A stretch of 62,311 nucleotides of DNA, from IMG/VR virus record IMGVR_UViG_3300035199_000716, positions 1 to 62,311 of that record; one strand, given 5' to 3'. The stretch comes from a virus. Lineage: Duplodnaviria > Caudoviricetes. Below are positions 19,077-30,224 of the stretch, piece by piece. The position numbers and the translations under genes are program-made. Below the pieces are notes generated by a model. The model searched no databases and was not told where the DNA came from. It saw nothing but the letters and a program-made list of their open reading frames with translations. Within the stretch, counting starts at the first letter, position 1. Each line of letters opens with the position of its first letter.

Positions 19077-22000
19077 CTATTTTTTCTTTATCTTACCTTT
19101 TATGGGCATGCTCTTTTTGGTTGCCTTCTTCTTTTTCTTAACAGCGCTATCCAGTTTGGCTTTTGCTGCCGGGTCTCCCTTCGCTGCTTTTTTCACAATA
19201 ACTTTTTCTTCTTCGTCAAAATCTATCGACACGGTAGCCCTATCCTTGCGACTAAGAGTTGCAACGGACGTATTTGGCGACACTACGGTTGGTGTTGTGC
19301 TGGTGGTAGTTTCTGACCCCGGCGATGCCGAAGATACAATCTCCTCAATGAGTTTTCTTTCCGTATTATTATATAACACTTCGGCCTCTAATTTGACTGT
19401 TTCCACAATAGATAAGTAATCATAAGGCCAGTTATACAGAAGAGGGTAACTCTCCTCAGAAACTCCCCCCACAATAGGATCGGTCGTTGTGGTTCCAAAC
19501 TTCGGCACAATTTTATCTCTATATACTTTTTGACTTCTTTGTTTGACCTTAAACACCATCCATCTCAAATTCGAATTTTCCATTATATTCTTTTCTGTTA
19601 ACATTTCTGTGTTAAACAATTCGTGTGCCACTACCTCTTTTTGCATTTGTAGTCTTTCATAATTGCGGGGTGCGAGATTTTGCCAAATGTATGATAGGTC
19701 GTCTTTGTCTAATTCATATTTGAACTCAAACATATACATTACAATCGGATCTATAAGTGGATTGTTCAGGAAGTCGAACCGCTTCGGTAACACATAATCT
19801 TTCATTTTCGTAACCAGCTGTCTAATTGACTGGCCAGCGGCATCCAGCGAATCGCCAGTGGCGGAATCTTCCATTGCTCCGGTGGCGGCCTTATATCTAG
19901 CTTTCGGAATACTAATAAACTCTTTTCGTCCAAACACACCACCACCGCTGTCGCCGGCAAATCCCACATCCTTTACAATATATGGAACGGCAACAATTGC
20001 TTCTTTTATAACTCGCTTTTCGGACACCTCTCCCATTCTTACTCTAGAGTTTTGTTCGGTAAAGCCCATCAACTCACTAAGCGACTGCACTGTTTTGTGA
20101 AGGTTGCTCTCGCCCGGAGGTCCTGAGAGGCTTGGAGTAAAGTGATTATATACACTGCTTTCCGACACACACAAGTAATGATATTGTAACCATGAGGATG
20201 GAATGTCACCTATCTCCAAGAAAATACCCTGATTTGGTCGAGCGGGAAGAGTTCCAAACTGGTGCCACATACCATTTGCCGCCGTGTCTGCACCAAATTT
20301 GTAGCTATTACCGACCATTGGAAGGGTCTTGGTGAGGTTGGCGGTGCCTGGTGGAGAGCCAACTACAGCATGTTCTCCAAGGTCTGCGAAATTCAGCATC
20401 GGAGTCTCGAACTTGGGCTGGATGACCCATTTTTTCCCGACTACTTCGGTCTCAGTTAGAATTTCTCTACCAAACTTATCAAAGCGCTTCTTATATACGT
20501 TTTCTATTCCAAACAAGTTAAAACTAGAACTAAGTTGCATTGCATTGTCATTAATAAGAACCGAGGCATACGGAGAGTTATTTGAATTTATCGTTTTGCC
20601 GCCCGGGGTTCCAACCGGGGCGTTGCTAGCGATTGTCGCGCCGGAAAGAGGTATACTATCTCTTATAAGAGAACTATAGTAGTAATTATCGAAGTTTATG
20701 TTCCATGATAGTTTGGCAGAACTAGTTTGTGGACCAGGGTCAACACGATAATAACTTGTAGTGAGTTCCGATATCATCTGTTCCAGACTATATTCTTTAC
20801 CCGGGGTCGGCCTAAAGATAAAGTCACACCATGCCTCGCCGTGCTGGTATGGTGGGGTGTAGGCCCAGTTGTATCCATTCATACAATCCATTATACCGTA
20901 TGTAGAGCCGGATATGTAGAACTTGTTTCCGTTTGCTATCCAAGAACCCGAATTGATGGCAGTGGCGGTGCCAATCATACCTATTGGGTTGTCTATTGGG
21001 GTGCCACCGACCGCGCCAGAGAGGTTGTTCCAGTGAACATATTCTTGGCGAATCTTTTCTTCAGGGGCACGGTTAGCAATAGGCGGACCGAATGCAGTTG
21101 TACGACTATACATAACAAAATCACGTCTAAAGCCTCTGTTTCTACTGGGATCTTGTGGTATCTCAAAGGATCCTGTTGTGATCGCGTTCCTTCTATTATA
21201 CTCTGGGGTGGCATCATTATATACGGCGCCGGCGCCAAATTGGGTAAACCAACTGTTGTCTCCGTGAGAGCTAGACTCAAACTCGTAAGTTCGCGAACCA
21301 GAGTATGAAGTTTTCAATCTTAGGCGGGCCGCGTAAACATCACCGCGCTTGAAGGTTCTAGTACCCAAAGAAACACCGGGTGTTTCAAGACGAGAATAGT
21401 TTCCTCCATCTAAGAAGAAGTCGCCCACTTCAGCGACAAAGTTGCTGGCCATTAATGTATAAAGGTTATCTGCCGGCGAACCTGCAATACTAGCGGTATG
21501 ATTTACAATGCCGCCCAGGTCTACTAACGGGTGAGGCTCCATATCTACACATGGCATACCATTCATATACACAGCCGGATTAATGATAGCCTCAAACGGA
21601 ATCCTTGTATCCCAAAACGTGCCGGATGTATAATTGCTTCCTGAGAGGGTGTCTTTGACCATGGTGGGGTAAAGCGCCCAATTAAGCTCGGTCGAATCAG
21701 CGCCGCCGGCTTCGGAACCACTATAGGCAACTTTCGTTATACGACTCCCGTCGGTTACCATGGGCCAGTCGCATGCCATACCGGCTTTAATTGAATTATA
21801 AAGAATACCCGGAGCAAAAAGCGGCTGTAATACTGGGCGCAATAATGCCGGGCCTGGACCTAGCGGGGTAAGTGAGGTACCTGCGGGGTCGAGAGAACCG
21901 CTGGCTCTGAGGGCCTTTCCATAGGACCTACTAAACTGTGATACAAGTTGAAGTGTACGGTCTGCTGGATAGAAACCCTTGTATGGATTAAACTTAAGAA

Positions 22001-25000
22001 CAGCATGACACGTTAGTTTGAATTCTTTTGCTTGTAAATCTGACATCTGGCGGATATCCAAAAACTTCTCCATGAAATCAGAGTTTGAAAAGTCTTTATA
22101 GAAATTAACTTGTTTGCTATCAAACTCTGTGCCAGGTATAGAGAAATCATTAAAATCGTCGATGTCTCCCTTAAGATAATCCTCTATTCTCTCGCTAATT
22201 CTGTATTCAGGTACAACAGCGTAGCCGCGTGCTTTATATTTAAGATCTGCTTCTTTAAATTTGTCATAATCGCCATACCATGGTTTTGATGCAGCTGTTA
22301 CAAAATTTAGTACTTTTGTGCCGTCAGCACCCACCGCCCCGGAGAAATATCCAGCGGTCTCTGGGGCATCCCACCAGGCTTCTCCGGTGCCTAGGCTCGC
22401 GGTAGCAAAACCACGACGACTCTCACCGGACTGGGCCGGTACACCGTCTGGAACCATACCACCGCCGCTTCCTAAGTCTTGCACAGAGCACGAAGGATTG
22501 GAAAAGTTTGGAGAGTTAATGGAGAGAGGTGAGAGTAACGTGTGCTTTCTGGCGTACAGTGCAGCTGGCGCCAATGAATTTACAGCGCAGAACCGTAAGG
22601 CTGATCCGCTAAGTAGGCCACCATGATCGGCATTTGAACTAGTTTGGTGGAACCAGCCATATGTATTTTGCAGCTCACCTGCTACGCCGCCAGGATTTCT
22701 GGCGACGTTTCCTGAGCCACCAAATCTACCGTCCACTGCGGCGCCTGTTACGGCTGCGCCACCGCCGCGGAGAGCACCAAGTGTTAATTTAAGTGTGTGA
22801 GTACCAGTAAGGTTGAGAATACACGATGCACTCTTTCGGGTTAAGAAGCCCCGGGGAGCGTCTAGTGGCCATGAGCTAGCACTTAGAGTCGGACCCACAA
22901 CAACAGACGCATCCAGCACGACTTGCCCTATACCTTTAAGGCCTAACGAATTTGAATAAATTGTTTTGCTACCAAGTTCTATGCGACTGTCTAATGAATC
23001 TCTCCACATTAAGTTGTCGTAATTAAACCTAAATGAAGATATTGGTGAAAACTCATTCTTTAACGATGGGAATAGGCTTTCTTTATAATGAATCCAGTTT
23101 AATGATATGCCCGGCGCATCCTTTAAGGCGACTAACTGCTCGAATGGCGTAATCTCGCTCTTAAGATACATCGGTATATCAAAATGTTCATCCAATGATC
23201 TACTATTAAAATAGATGAATTCATTATTATATGATGTCTGCAATGTCGCATTTGCTGTTTTAACAATAGGTGTATTCTTTACAATCTGTTGTGTTTCGTA
23301 ATCAAGGTTAACGAGTACGGGAAGACCCCTGACTGAAACGGGTCTAAGATCAAACTCTTGTGGGACATGTGGAGTCTGGTATACAATGGATAGTTTGTTG
23401 TTCTTTTTCTGATTCCGCAGGATTGGATGATCGCCTTGACGTGATTGTTGGAATGTACCCCAACCATAAACATTTCCGCGGTGGAACATCAGCGCGTTAA
23501 ACAGGGCGCCAGAACCCTCAAAGTTGACGCCAGTTACAACGGTCGAGTTTCTCGCCACCGTTAAATCATTGGAACCAACTGTATTTGTTGCGGTGTCAAT
23601 GCTTTCATAAATATTGGTGTTCAGTCCGACCAAGTCAGTCGGCACGAAGCTGGCACCAGCAGAGGATTGAGGCGAACCGAATAGGCGGTGAGAGGCAGCG
23701 GTAGAACCGAAGTCACTAGCACTTACGAATGAGAAGAAAGGCTCGAAACCGCCGGCAGAACTAGAATACATCCCCTCTAGCGTGCCCATTGTTGGCATAA
23801 ATCCAGAATATCTTAAATCTGTGGAGTGCTTCATGGCGCCGGTAATCCATGCGTACTGCTTATCAGACCTGGGAATCTGGTGTTGAACGTTGTAATTGTC
23901 GTATACCGCAGCAGTACAATACGTGTATGTTTCGGTATAAGAAAGAATCTCAGGTGGAGTTCCGGGTTTGGGTGTCGGGTACTCAACTTCAGATATTGCA
24001 AACGAATTCATATTTTGGCCCAACTTTGCTATTGGGAACAAGTTATGCGCTGTGCCAGAAAGATGAGTATTGAATATCGAATTGGCACCTGATATAAAGG
24101 TGGCCGGGTTTGCAGAAGTAATTCCATCTTGCTGTGCTGAGTTCTCCGGAATTTCACCAAGCTGGTACCATGCAAACAAATTTGAAGAATTGTTCGTGTA
24201 AGCTGCGGATGATGTTATATCGACTAGGGCGCCGGCATTATACAAACTCGCAACATCTGTACCCGACAAAGGTGTCGTCCAAAGAGAAATCTGGTCCATG
24301 GCGCCAGTGAATGGCCACGAACCAACAGCATTTGCGACACTAGAATCGCCCCCGATGGCCATTACCGTTTGGCCATCGCGCTGAACGATACCTTTGAAAT
24401 CGTATGTTCCTGCTTGTCTCTTGCAGTCAAAATAGTCATTAAGTGCTGTACCGGTGGCCATGGTCATGAGGCCGCCGTCTAAATACATCTGAATATTAGC
24501 AGTAGTTGCATTGTCACCGTTGCCGGTGCCCCCCAATGAAACAACTAGGTGGTGCCAATTGCCATCATCTAGATCTGCCGAGGCCGCATACATGTGACCC
24601 AGCGCTGTGGTGCCCGTGTGTGTGTTGGTATCTCTTGTGCGTACATATAGGTTTAGGCGATGTTGCGTGGCGGTGTAGTTTTTAAATATTCTAAAGAACG
24701 GGTCAGCGCCGGCGCCGGCCTTACCAACGGAAAACAGATCTCCTTCGTTTTCATCAGGACTAAGTCTAAACCAGCCTGCATATGTAAATCCGGTGTCTCG
24801 CGATGAAGTCAACCAACTTGTTGCGGAAGAAGAATCAGCATTTACAAGAACGAATCCTCTGCTTGCGTTAGCCACCCAGTAAAGACTGGCAGAGTTAATG
24901 AATTCGGGACCCTTGACAGCATCTATAGATGTACCGCAGATTTCAACACGATTCAAATTGTTTCTATGTATTTTATGGTATCCAGGTAGTTGGTTATAGG

Positions 25001-28000
25001 AAGCGCCGGGACCGTTTGTAGCATGCGTGTCGCCGGTTACCCACAAGGAGTCGCGGCCAAAGCGGCCAGTGTGGCGTGCTAAGTGTGAACGAAGGCCGTA
25101 ATCTTTACTGTGTATATCCGATACACGGATGCCTGGACCGCCTGAGCCAGTACCAGAGCCTGTCGCTTCTGAAACGGAGCCAGAGGGCCCCTGAGAGGGT
25201 TTAATGATACTTAAGTTACGGTAATTGTGAGCGTTATATACTGAGAACTCATTCGCTCTAATGTCGCGATAGCCTGCTGGGCTCACTTCCAGGCCGCCTG
25301 GATTAGAGAACTTGGAAACAATAACCGATGATTGTGACGGAGAAGCGTTCAAATAACTTATTGAAAAAGGCGACATGAACTCAAAGTGGCCGTCGCTGTT
25401 TCGATGGATATCCAAGAATGTTCGCGTTACCGATGCGCTAATTGCTGTATCTTGGAAGGCTTCCGTTGGAAGGGTTGGTTGATTTTTTATAAACTGTCTC
25501 GGGTTGCTGGATGCGCCGACTGTATGGACAACTTCATAGTTGTGTCGGTAGTTACCGGGAATTGTTGAGCCGGTCCTCATACGAATATTTTTAAAGACAT
25601 ATGGTGTCTTAGCTATGTGATCTCTATAATAAACCGCTTTCTGTGAGGCCGTCATCGGGTATGGGCGTTCGCCGATAGCATTCGCTTCTGGCCATGGGTA
25701 GTCTGGACCGACCATTCCGACTACGCCACGTGGTCGGCTCGTTGGGCCACCCTCAGCACCACAATCTCCAAGCAAGATTTTCCAGGCTTCTGGGCGCGTT
25801 GTGTAGTGATCTAAATTATTGGTGGTGTTTTTGTTGGCATCATATTTGTTTAGTGGAACATGGCGTGATTGGTGCCCGCCGGCTGCATATTCAGACCATG
25901 GGCCCTGCATTGGGCGTTCCATGTCGTTTCCATAAACGTCATTATGAAGGTTGGTGATTTCGACACTGGCTGTGACCCTTTCAAGAACTTCTTTATTGTA
26001 GCCTGATTTGACAGATGAACTCATGATGTTGAATGGGAATGAGAATGTCGACTTTGTAGTGGTATAACCAACACCATCTTCGAAATCGCGACCAGATTCT
26101 ACTTTGATGACACGCTTGACCTTGGCGCCTGGATTCTTTTTAATACGATCTTGTTGTTCTAGCTCCTGTATTTGTACAAGGTTTTGGACTAGCCCTAACA
26201 AAACATTTCTAGGAACAAAAATTAAACCCAGATCACTACTCTCTCTATTAACAGGACCTGCAGGCTGTAGGGCATTAAACGTATATTCAAGGCTCTTTTT
26301 GCCTTCGAAGTTAACACCCCCCTTAATAGTTTTAGCCAGCTTGGCATCAAAAACATACATATCGGCGGTCTGCGACTTTTGATTCGAATTATAGTGATAT
26401 CTTGTGCCGTCCTTTGTTGAGAAGGTTGGCATACTTCTACTTAAGTGAGGTCGCGACCACATAACATTTTTAATTGTTTGTCGTTGGGTGTCGACAGTTG
26501 CATCTCCAGAAGTTATTTCAACAGCATCTGTTTCTGCCTGGCGCTGCCAATATTCCTTTTTAACATTGGTTGCACGCGGGGACTCCGGCGGGGGAGAGTG
26601 TGCAGCGTCCCATTCAAACCATGTCATTCCTCCTCTAAGTGCACTCTCAGGAAGGGGTGTATAATTTTGAAGTGTTGGGTACTTTGTTTGATATTTGTGT
26701 CTTTCTAGAACATGGCTTTCAACAATGTTAAATGAATCTTCTACAAAATTGGCTGACGCAGGGACAAGTTGACCAATTATTATCGATATTGCGTCATCGA
26801 ACCACTTATAATACTCCGTGAATTTTTCAACAGTTTGAACATTTTGGACTCTATCAAAATATATCTTTCTTAAATACTCGAGCGATTTGTATCTTTCTCG
26901 GTAACGATTAACCGGCTGGCCTATTAAATTATGGAAGTCTATTGCGCCGGCGAAGAAGTCTAATATCTCTTCGGTTACAGCGCCATATAAACTCTTTTCA
27001 ATGGTATAGACATAGTTAGGAACCTGTTCAACCAGACCAAATATTTTATCATCATCGTCTAAAACCTTAACCTGATCGGATGCAACGACTTGCTCGGGGT
27101 CAATAAACTTAAAATAGTTAGTATTAACGGCATTTACTACTTGGGTGGCGCTTCCTGAAAATCCGACGCCTTTGCCGCTGTGTAGGTGAGAACTAATGTC
27201 TGCCATCCAACCAAAATTGTTTCTAAATTCTGCGGATCCAGAGCTTAGGTCTGTGACATAGAATTCGCCGGCAGCGTTGGAAGATGTTACGTTTCCAAAG
27301 TACCAGTTGAGCGCTAGCGTATTAAAGTTGAATGTGTTTACTGACCCGGAGTCTATCGGAGATGGGCTTTCATATGAGCCGGAAATACCATAGTTTTCTC
27401 CATCAAACAAATGCTGGTCCAACGATGTGTCGCCAATATACTTCGTCCAATACTTGAGTGATGATACCAGCACATCTGATTTGTGTATATTAGAGCCGGT
27501 TATGTTTGTGTTACGCGCGCCACAGTACATTCTTTTGGCATGCTTTAAAATATTTTTACCAACTTCTTTTGTTACAGAACCGGTTGCCACAAAAGAATTC
27601 TGTATGACCCCTAAATTGTTATTGACACCCCTAAAAATGACATCGTATGTAGAATATGAAGAATATCCGATGGTGCCGCCATCCTCATCGCCCGACGGGC
27701 CCTGAAGGAGATCAGTAAACGAGCTACTAGGCTTAATTCTAACCGACAGGTTCCAGTTACTGTCATCGTATACGTCAAAGAAAGCGCTACTAGTAAGAGT
27801 TGGGAATGGATGTGGGCCAACCGAAGACGTTAATTTAAAATATACATTCTTGGAGTACTCTGTATCTCTTATTGCATATACTTGGAAGTTGGCCCAATCT
27901 TCTCCGTCTGTGGGTCCGGTGTAGGTCAAGAATGCTGTGTCAGATGTCGACGCAGTATTAACCGTTTGCATTCCGAAGATGGATACATCTTTAAAACTGC

Positions 28001-30224
28001 GATCAAACGTGTCCAAGCTTCTAATAAACTTTGGAAAGACAACTGATGTCTCGGCGGTGAAGCCATATCGATCTTCTTTGCCTTCCTCGGATGTTCCAGC
28101 TATATAGCCCCTAGTCGAGCCAGTGTGTGGATCGGCGTACTGATGGACAACCGCATCGATTGCGTATGTGCTGTTGAAATTGGCATGTTTTTTGTTTTTT
28201 CTGGTTTGTTTAAGATTACTCTTTAGTTCGAACTGCTGATTATTCGAATAAACCCTATATGAAATCAGACTGTCGTCAAGGTTGAAACATCTTAGAACGT
28301 TTCTAATGGCCTTCTCGGTACCTTTTGCCTTATAAATCTTCGCAAGATTGTTGTACAAATTGGAATAAATCAGGTCTTTCGCTTGTTTGAGATCGCCCTC
28401 AAAGAACTCATTATCAGTTCTATTTTTAAACTTCTCTAAAATCGTCGCATCAACAAAAACTTCTGGTGTGTAGAGCCCTAAAGACTGAGGTAGATGTTGT
28501 GAAAATGGTAGTGGTTCGTGAGATGCGCTAGTGTAACTTGAGTGCTTGAAACTTGGCAACGCTGATATCTGCATATGCAATTTGTCAAAGTACACACCCA
28601 ATATGTGACAAATTCTATCCAGGTCAGTAAGATCGCTTATCTCTGAATCATCTGTCATCCATGATGGGAGAAGGTTCCTTACAAGCCCAGAATTTTGAGA
28701 ATCATGATAAGAGCCCGTGGTAAGGAGCGCTGTTTTTAAAGAACTCACACGGGGGTGTTCTGAGTAAATAATAGGGTCTTCGTATTCTTTAGTGGCGGCT
28801 GAGGCTGACAATATAGCAGATCCAGTATTTCTAGATGTATTAGTATAGCCGGTCCAAGTACCGTTACATAGCCGGCCGCCGTAATCCAACACGACACTAT
28901 CGATAGAGGTAACACCTGTGTTGCCCTCATTAAACTTATAATACATACCCAATTCTGTATTAGCTAAGTCCGTGTTAACACCACCTTTAATCTGATCAAA
29001 CCAGTATCTGCCGATCTCCGCTTCATTGCGAGCGGTGTTCCAAAATCTAAATTCATCCATCGATCCGCTCAGTTTTCCAGCGCCGATAAAGTTTGCTGTT
29101 GCTCCGGGTGCAGCTACGGTGGGATCATCTGCTGCCCCAGAAGGCGCTGTCAGTAGCGCACCAATTCGACCAACCATATTCTTTGAATACAACTCATTTA
29201 ATGTTATACCAGAATATGTGTTTGTGGCATTATGATAACCATTGACATATAGCTTAGCAACAAAATCGCTACCAGTATTTTGCAGTACAAATGCGTAGTG
29301 CGCCCAATCACCCAGAGCCGTGTCCGCTATACCCTGACCAATTGAGGATGTACACACAGACTGTGCGGAGGCGCTCAAAGTGCCTGATTGTGCAGTAATT
29401 AGAAACGGAGTGTCTGGGCCGGCTGTGGGGGGAGACACGCTGCCGTCCCCGAGAGAGTGACTCGATGTTAACTCTATTGTAAGGCGCGCATAGTCTGTGC
29501 TTCCGGTGGCTTCGTTATTCCACATGTCGAATACAACTTGTCTATTTGTAAGTGCTTGAGATAAAGAGCCCGTCTTAAGCCAAAATTCTACTGTTACACC
29601 TGTATCAAAGTCACTCTTTAAGTTTGACTGGCGGGAGCCTTGTCCATAGTCGCCTCTAAGGCCCGCGGCGGTATAGATATTTTCATCATAAATGTTGTTG
29701 CTCTGGAACTTACTAGATAACGGATCGGGCTCCATGTTTTTAAGATCCGTAAGTGTGGTGGATATATTGGGCCCACCCTTGAATGTGATGTATTCTGTTG
29801 TAGATGGTAACCCATATCCTCCACCATAGCTTGAAGACACCGCCGAACTTGACGCTACCGTGCTCCAACCGTCAATACTGAACGTCGCGTATCCTGTCCG
29901 ACGTGGGTATAGATTGTTAAAAATATATTTTTCAATCGGCAGGGAATTATTATAAAACTGATTAAGCTCGGCATCAGAGCCATCATATGGATAATAATCC
30001 AAAATCCTCTCAACGGCTGACTTATAATATAAATAAGCAGAACCAAACTTAGCAAAGGAGCCCGGATTATCATAATTAACCTGCGGCAGAAACGAATCTT
30101 GCTTGGTTTTTAGCTGCCGCAGATTCTTGGAAGACTCGATTTTCTTAAATGCTGTCTTCTGATCTTGATCGGTTAAATAATTTCTTGTTTTGTCTGTTGA
30201 TTCAAAAAGTTTCTTAATACTCAT
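19077..30224 (-). CDS. giant baseplate wedge-like protein (gp7/P2 gpI-like core) with LamG/concanavalin A-like domains
   Basis: 3715-aa uninterrupted ORF. Wedge-type motif NNLAKIYKAKGTEKAIRNVL. LamG motifs VTVEFWLK..WAHYAFV..KLYVNG..SGSMDEFRFWN (~29600-29040) and FTYAGWF..DGNWHHLVV..MYLDG..FTGAMDQISLW (~24790-24240). Lys-rich C-terminal tail. Located downstream of gp25/gp6 homologs. Confidence 0.75.
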   Translation of the reverse strand: MSIKKLFESTDKTRNYLTDQDQKTAFKKIESSKNLRQLKTKQDSFLPQVNYDNPGSFAKFGSAYLYYKSAVERILDYYPYDGSDAELNQFYNNSLPIEKYIFNNLYPRRTGYATFSIDGWSTVASSSAVSSSYGGGYGLPSTTEYITFKGGPNISTTLTDLKNMEPDPLSSKFQSNNIYDENIYTAAGLRGDYGQGSRQSNLKSDFDTGVTVEFWLKTGSLSQALTNRQVVFDMWNNEATGSTDYARLTIELTSSHSLGDGSVSPPTAGPDTPFLITAQSGTLSASAQSVCTSSIGQGIADTALGDWAHYAFVLQNTGSDFVAKLYVNGYHNATNTYSGITLNELYSKNMVGRIGALLTAPSGAADDPTVAAPGATANFIGAGKLSGSMDEFRFWNTARNEAEIGRYWFDQIKGGVNTDLANTELGMYYKFNEGNTGVTSIDSVVLDYGGRLCNGTWTGYTNTSRNTGSAILSASAATKEYEDPIIYSEHPRVSSLKTALLTTGSYHDSQNSGLVRNLLPSWMTDDSEISDLTDLDRICHILGVYFDKLHMQISALPSFKHSSYTSASHEPLPFSQHLPQSLGLYTPEVFVDATILEKFKNRTDNEFFEGDLKQAKDLIYSNLYNNLAKIYKAKGTEKAIRNVLRCFNLDDSLISYRVYSNNQQFELKSNLKQTRKNKKHANFNSTYAIDAVVHQYADPHTGSTRGYIAGTSEEGKEDRYGFTAETSVVFPKFIRSLDTFDRSFKDVSIFGMQTVNTASTSDTAFLTYTGPTDGEDWANFQVYAIRDTEYSKNVYFKLTSSVGPHPFPTLTSSAFFDVYDDSNWNLSVRIKPSSSFTDLLQGPSGDEDGGTIGYSSYSTYDVIFRGVNNNLGVIQNSFVATGSVTKEVGKNILKHAKRMYCGARNTNITGSNIHKSDVLVSSLKYWTKYIGDTSLDQHLFDGENYGISGSYESPSPIDSGSVNTFNFNTLALNWYFGNVTSSNAAGEFYVTDLSSGSAEFRNNFGWMADISSHLHSGKGVGFSGSATQVVNAVNTNYFKFIDPEQVVASDQVKVLDDDDKIFGLVEQVPNYVYTIEKSLYGAVTEEILDFFAGAIDFHNLIGQPVNRYRERYKSLEYLRKIYFDRVQNVQTVEKFTEYYKWFDDAISIIIGQLVPASANFVEDSFNIVESHVLERHKYQTKYPTLQNYTPLPESALRGGMTWFEWDAAHSPPPESPRATNVKKEYWQRQAETDAVEITSGDATVDTQRQTIKNVMWSRPHLSRSMPTFSTKDGTRYHYNSNQKSQTADMYVFDAKLAKTIKGGVNFEGKKSLEYTFNALQPAGPVNRESSDLGLIFVPRNVLLGLVQNLVQIQELEQQDRIKKNPGAKVKRVIKVESGRDFEDGVGYTTTKSTFSFPFNIMSSSVKSGYNKEVLERVTASVEITNLHNDVYGNDMERPMQGPWSEYAAGGHQSRHVPLNKYDANKNTTNNLDHYTTRPEAWKILLGDCGAEGGPTSRPRGVVGMVGPDYPWPEANAIGERPYPMTASQKAVYYRDHIAKTPYVFKNIRMRTGSTIPGNYRHNYEVVHTVGASSNPRQFIKNQPTLPTEAFQDTAISASVTRTFLDIHRNSDGHFEFMSPFSISYLNASPSQSSVIVSKFSNPGGLEVSPAGYRDIRANEFSVYNAHNYRNLSIIKPSQGPSGSVSEATGSGTGSGGPGIRVSDIHSKDYGLRSHLARHTGRFGRDSLWVTGDTHATNGPGASYNQLPGYHKIHRNNLNRVEICGTSIDAVKGPEFINSASLYWVANASRGFVLVNADSSSATSWLTSSRDTGFTYAGWFRLSPDENEGDLFSVGKAGAGADPFFRIFKNYTATQHRLNLYVRTRDTNTHTGTTALGHMYAASADLDDGNWHHLVVSLGGTGNGDNATTANIQMYLDGGLMTMATGTALNDYFDCKRQAGTYDFKGIVQRDGQTVMAIGGDSSVANAVGSWPFTGAMDQISLWTTPLSGTDVASLYNAGALVDITSSAAYTNNSSNLFAWYQLGEIPENSAQQDGITSANPATFISGANSIFNTHLSGTAHNLFPIAKLGQNMNSFAISEVEYPTPKPGTPPEILSYTETYTYCTAAVYDNYNVQHQIPRSDKQYAWITGAMKHSTDLRYSGFMPTMGTLEGMYSSSAGGFEPFFSFVSASDFGSTAASHRLFGSPQSSAGASFVPTDLVGLNTNIYESIDTATNTVGSNDLTVARNSTVVTGVNFEGSGALFNALMFHRGNVYGWGTFQQSRQGDHPILRNQKKNNKLSIVYQTPHVPQEFDLRPVSVRGLPVLVNLDYETQQIVKNTPIVKTANATLQTSYNNEFIYFNSRSLDEHFDIPMYLKSEITPFEQLVALKDAPGISLNWIHYKESLFPSLKNEFSPISSFRFNYDNLMWRDSLDSRIELGSKTIYSNSLGLKGIGQVVLDASVVVGPTLSASSWPLDAPRGFLTRKSASCILNLTGTHTLKLTLGALRGGGAAVTGAAVDGRFGGSGNVARNPGGVAGELQNTYGWFHQTSSNADHGGLLSGSALRFCAVNSLAPAALYARKHTLLSPLSINSPNFSNPSCSVQDLGSGGGMVPDGVPAQSGESRRGFATASLGTGEAWWDAPETAGYFSGAVGADGTKVLNFVTAASKPWYGDYDKFKEADLKYKARGYAVVPEYRISERIEDYLKGDIDDFNDFSIPGTEFDSKQVNFYKDFSNSDFMEKFLDIRQMSDLQAKEFKLTCHAVLKFNPYKGFYPADRTLQLVSQFSRSYGKALRASGSLDPAGTSLTPLGPGPALLRPVLQPLFAPGILYNSIKAGMACDWPMVTDGSRITKVAYSGSEAGGADSTELNWALYPTMVKDTLSGSNYTSGTFWDTRIPFEAIINPAVYMNGMPCVDMEPHPLVDLGGIVNHTASIAGSPADNLYTLMASNFVAEVGDFFLDGGNYSRLETPGVSLGTRTFKRGDVYAARLRLKTSYSGSRTYEFESSSHGDNSWFTQFGAGAVYNDATPEYNRRNAITTGSFEIPQDPSRNRGFRRDFVMYSRTTAFGPPIANRAPEEKIRQEYVHWNNLSGAVGGTPIDNPIGMIGTATAINSGSWIANGNKFYISGSTYGIMDCMNGYNWAYTPPYQHGEAWCDFIFRPTPGKEYSLEQMISELTTSYYRVDPGPQTSSAKLSWNINFDNYYYSSLIRDSIPLSGATIASNAPVGTPGGKTINSNNSPYASVLINDNAMQLSSSFNLFGIENVYKKRFDKFGREILTETEVVGKKWVIQPKFETPMLNFADLGEHAVVGSPPGTANLTKTLPMVGNSYKFGADTAANGMWHQFGTLPARPNQGIFLEIGDIPSSWLQYHYLCVSESSVYNHFTPSLSGPPGESNLHKTVQSLSELMGFTEQNSRVRMGEVSEKRVIKEAIVAVPYIVKDVGFAGDSGGGVFGRKEFISIPKARYKAATGAMEDSATGDSLDAAGQSIRQLVTKMKDYVLPKRFDFLNNPLIDPIVMYMFEFKYELDKDDLSYIWQNLAPRNYERLQMQKEVVAHELFNTEMLTEKNIMENSNLRWMVFKVKQRSQKVYRDKIVPKFGTTTTDPIVGGVSEESYPLLYNWPYDYLSIVETVKLEAEVLYNNTERKLIEEIVSSASPGSETTTSTTPTVVSPNTSVATLSRKDRATVSIDFDEEEKVIVKKAAKGDPAAKAKLDSAVKKKKKATKKSMPIKGKIKKK

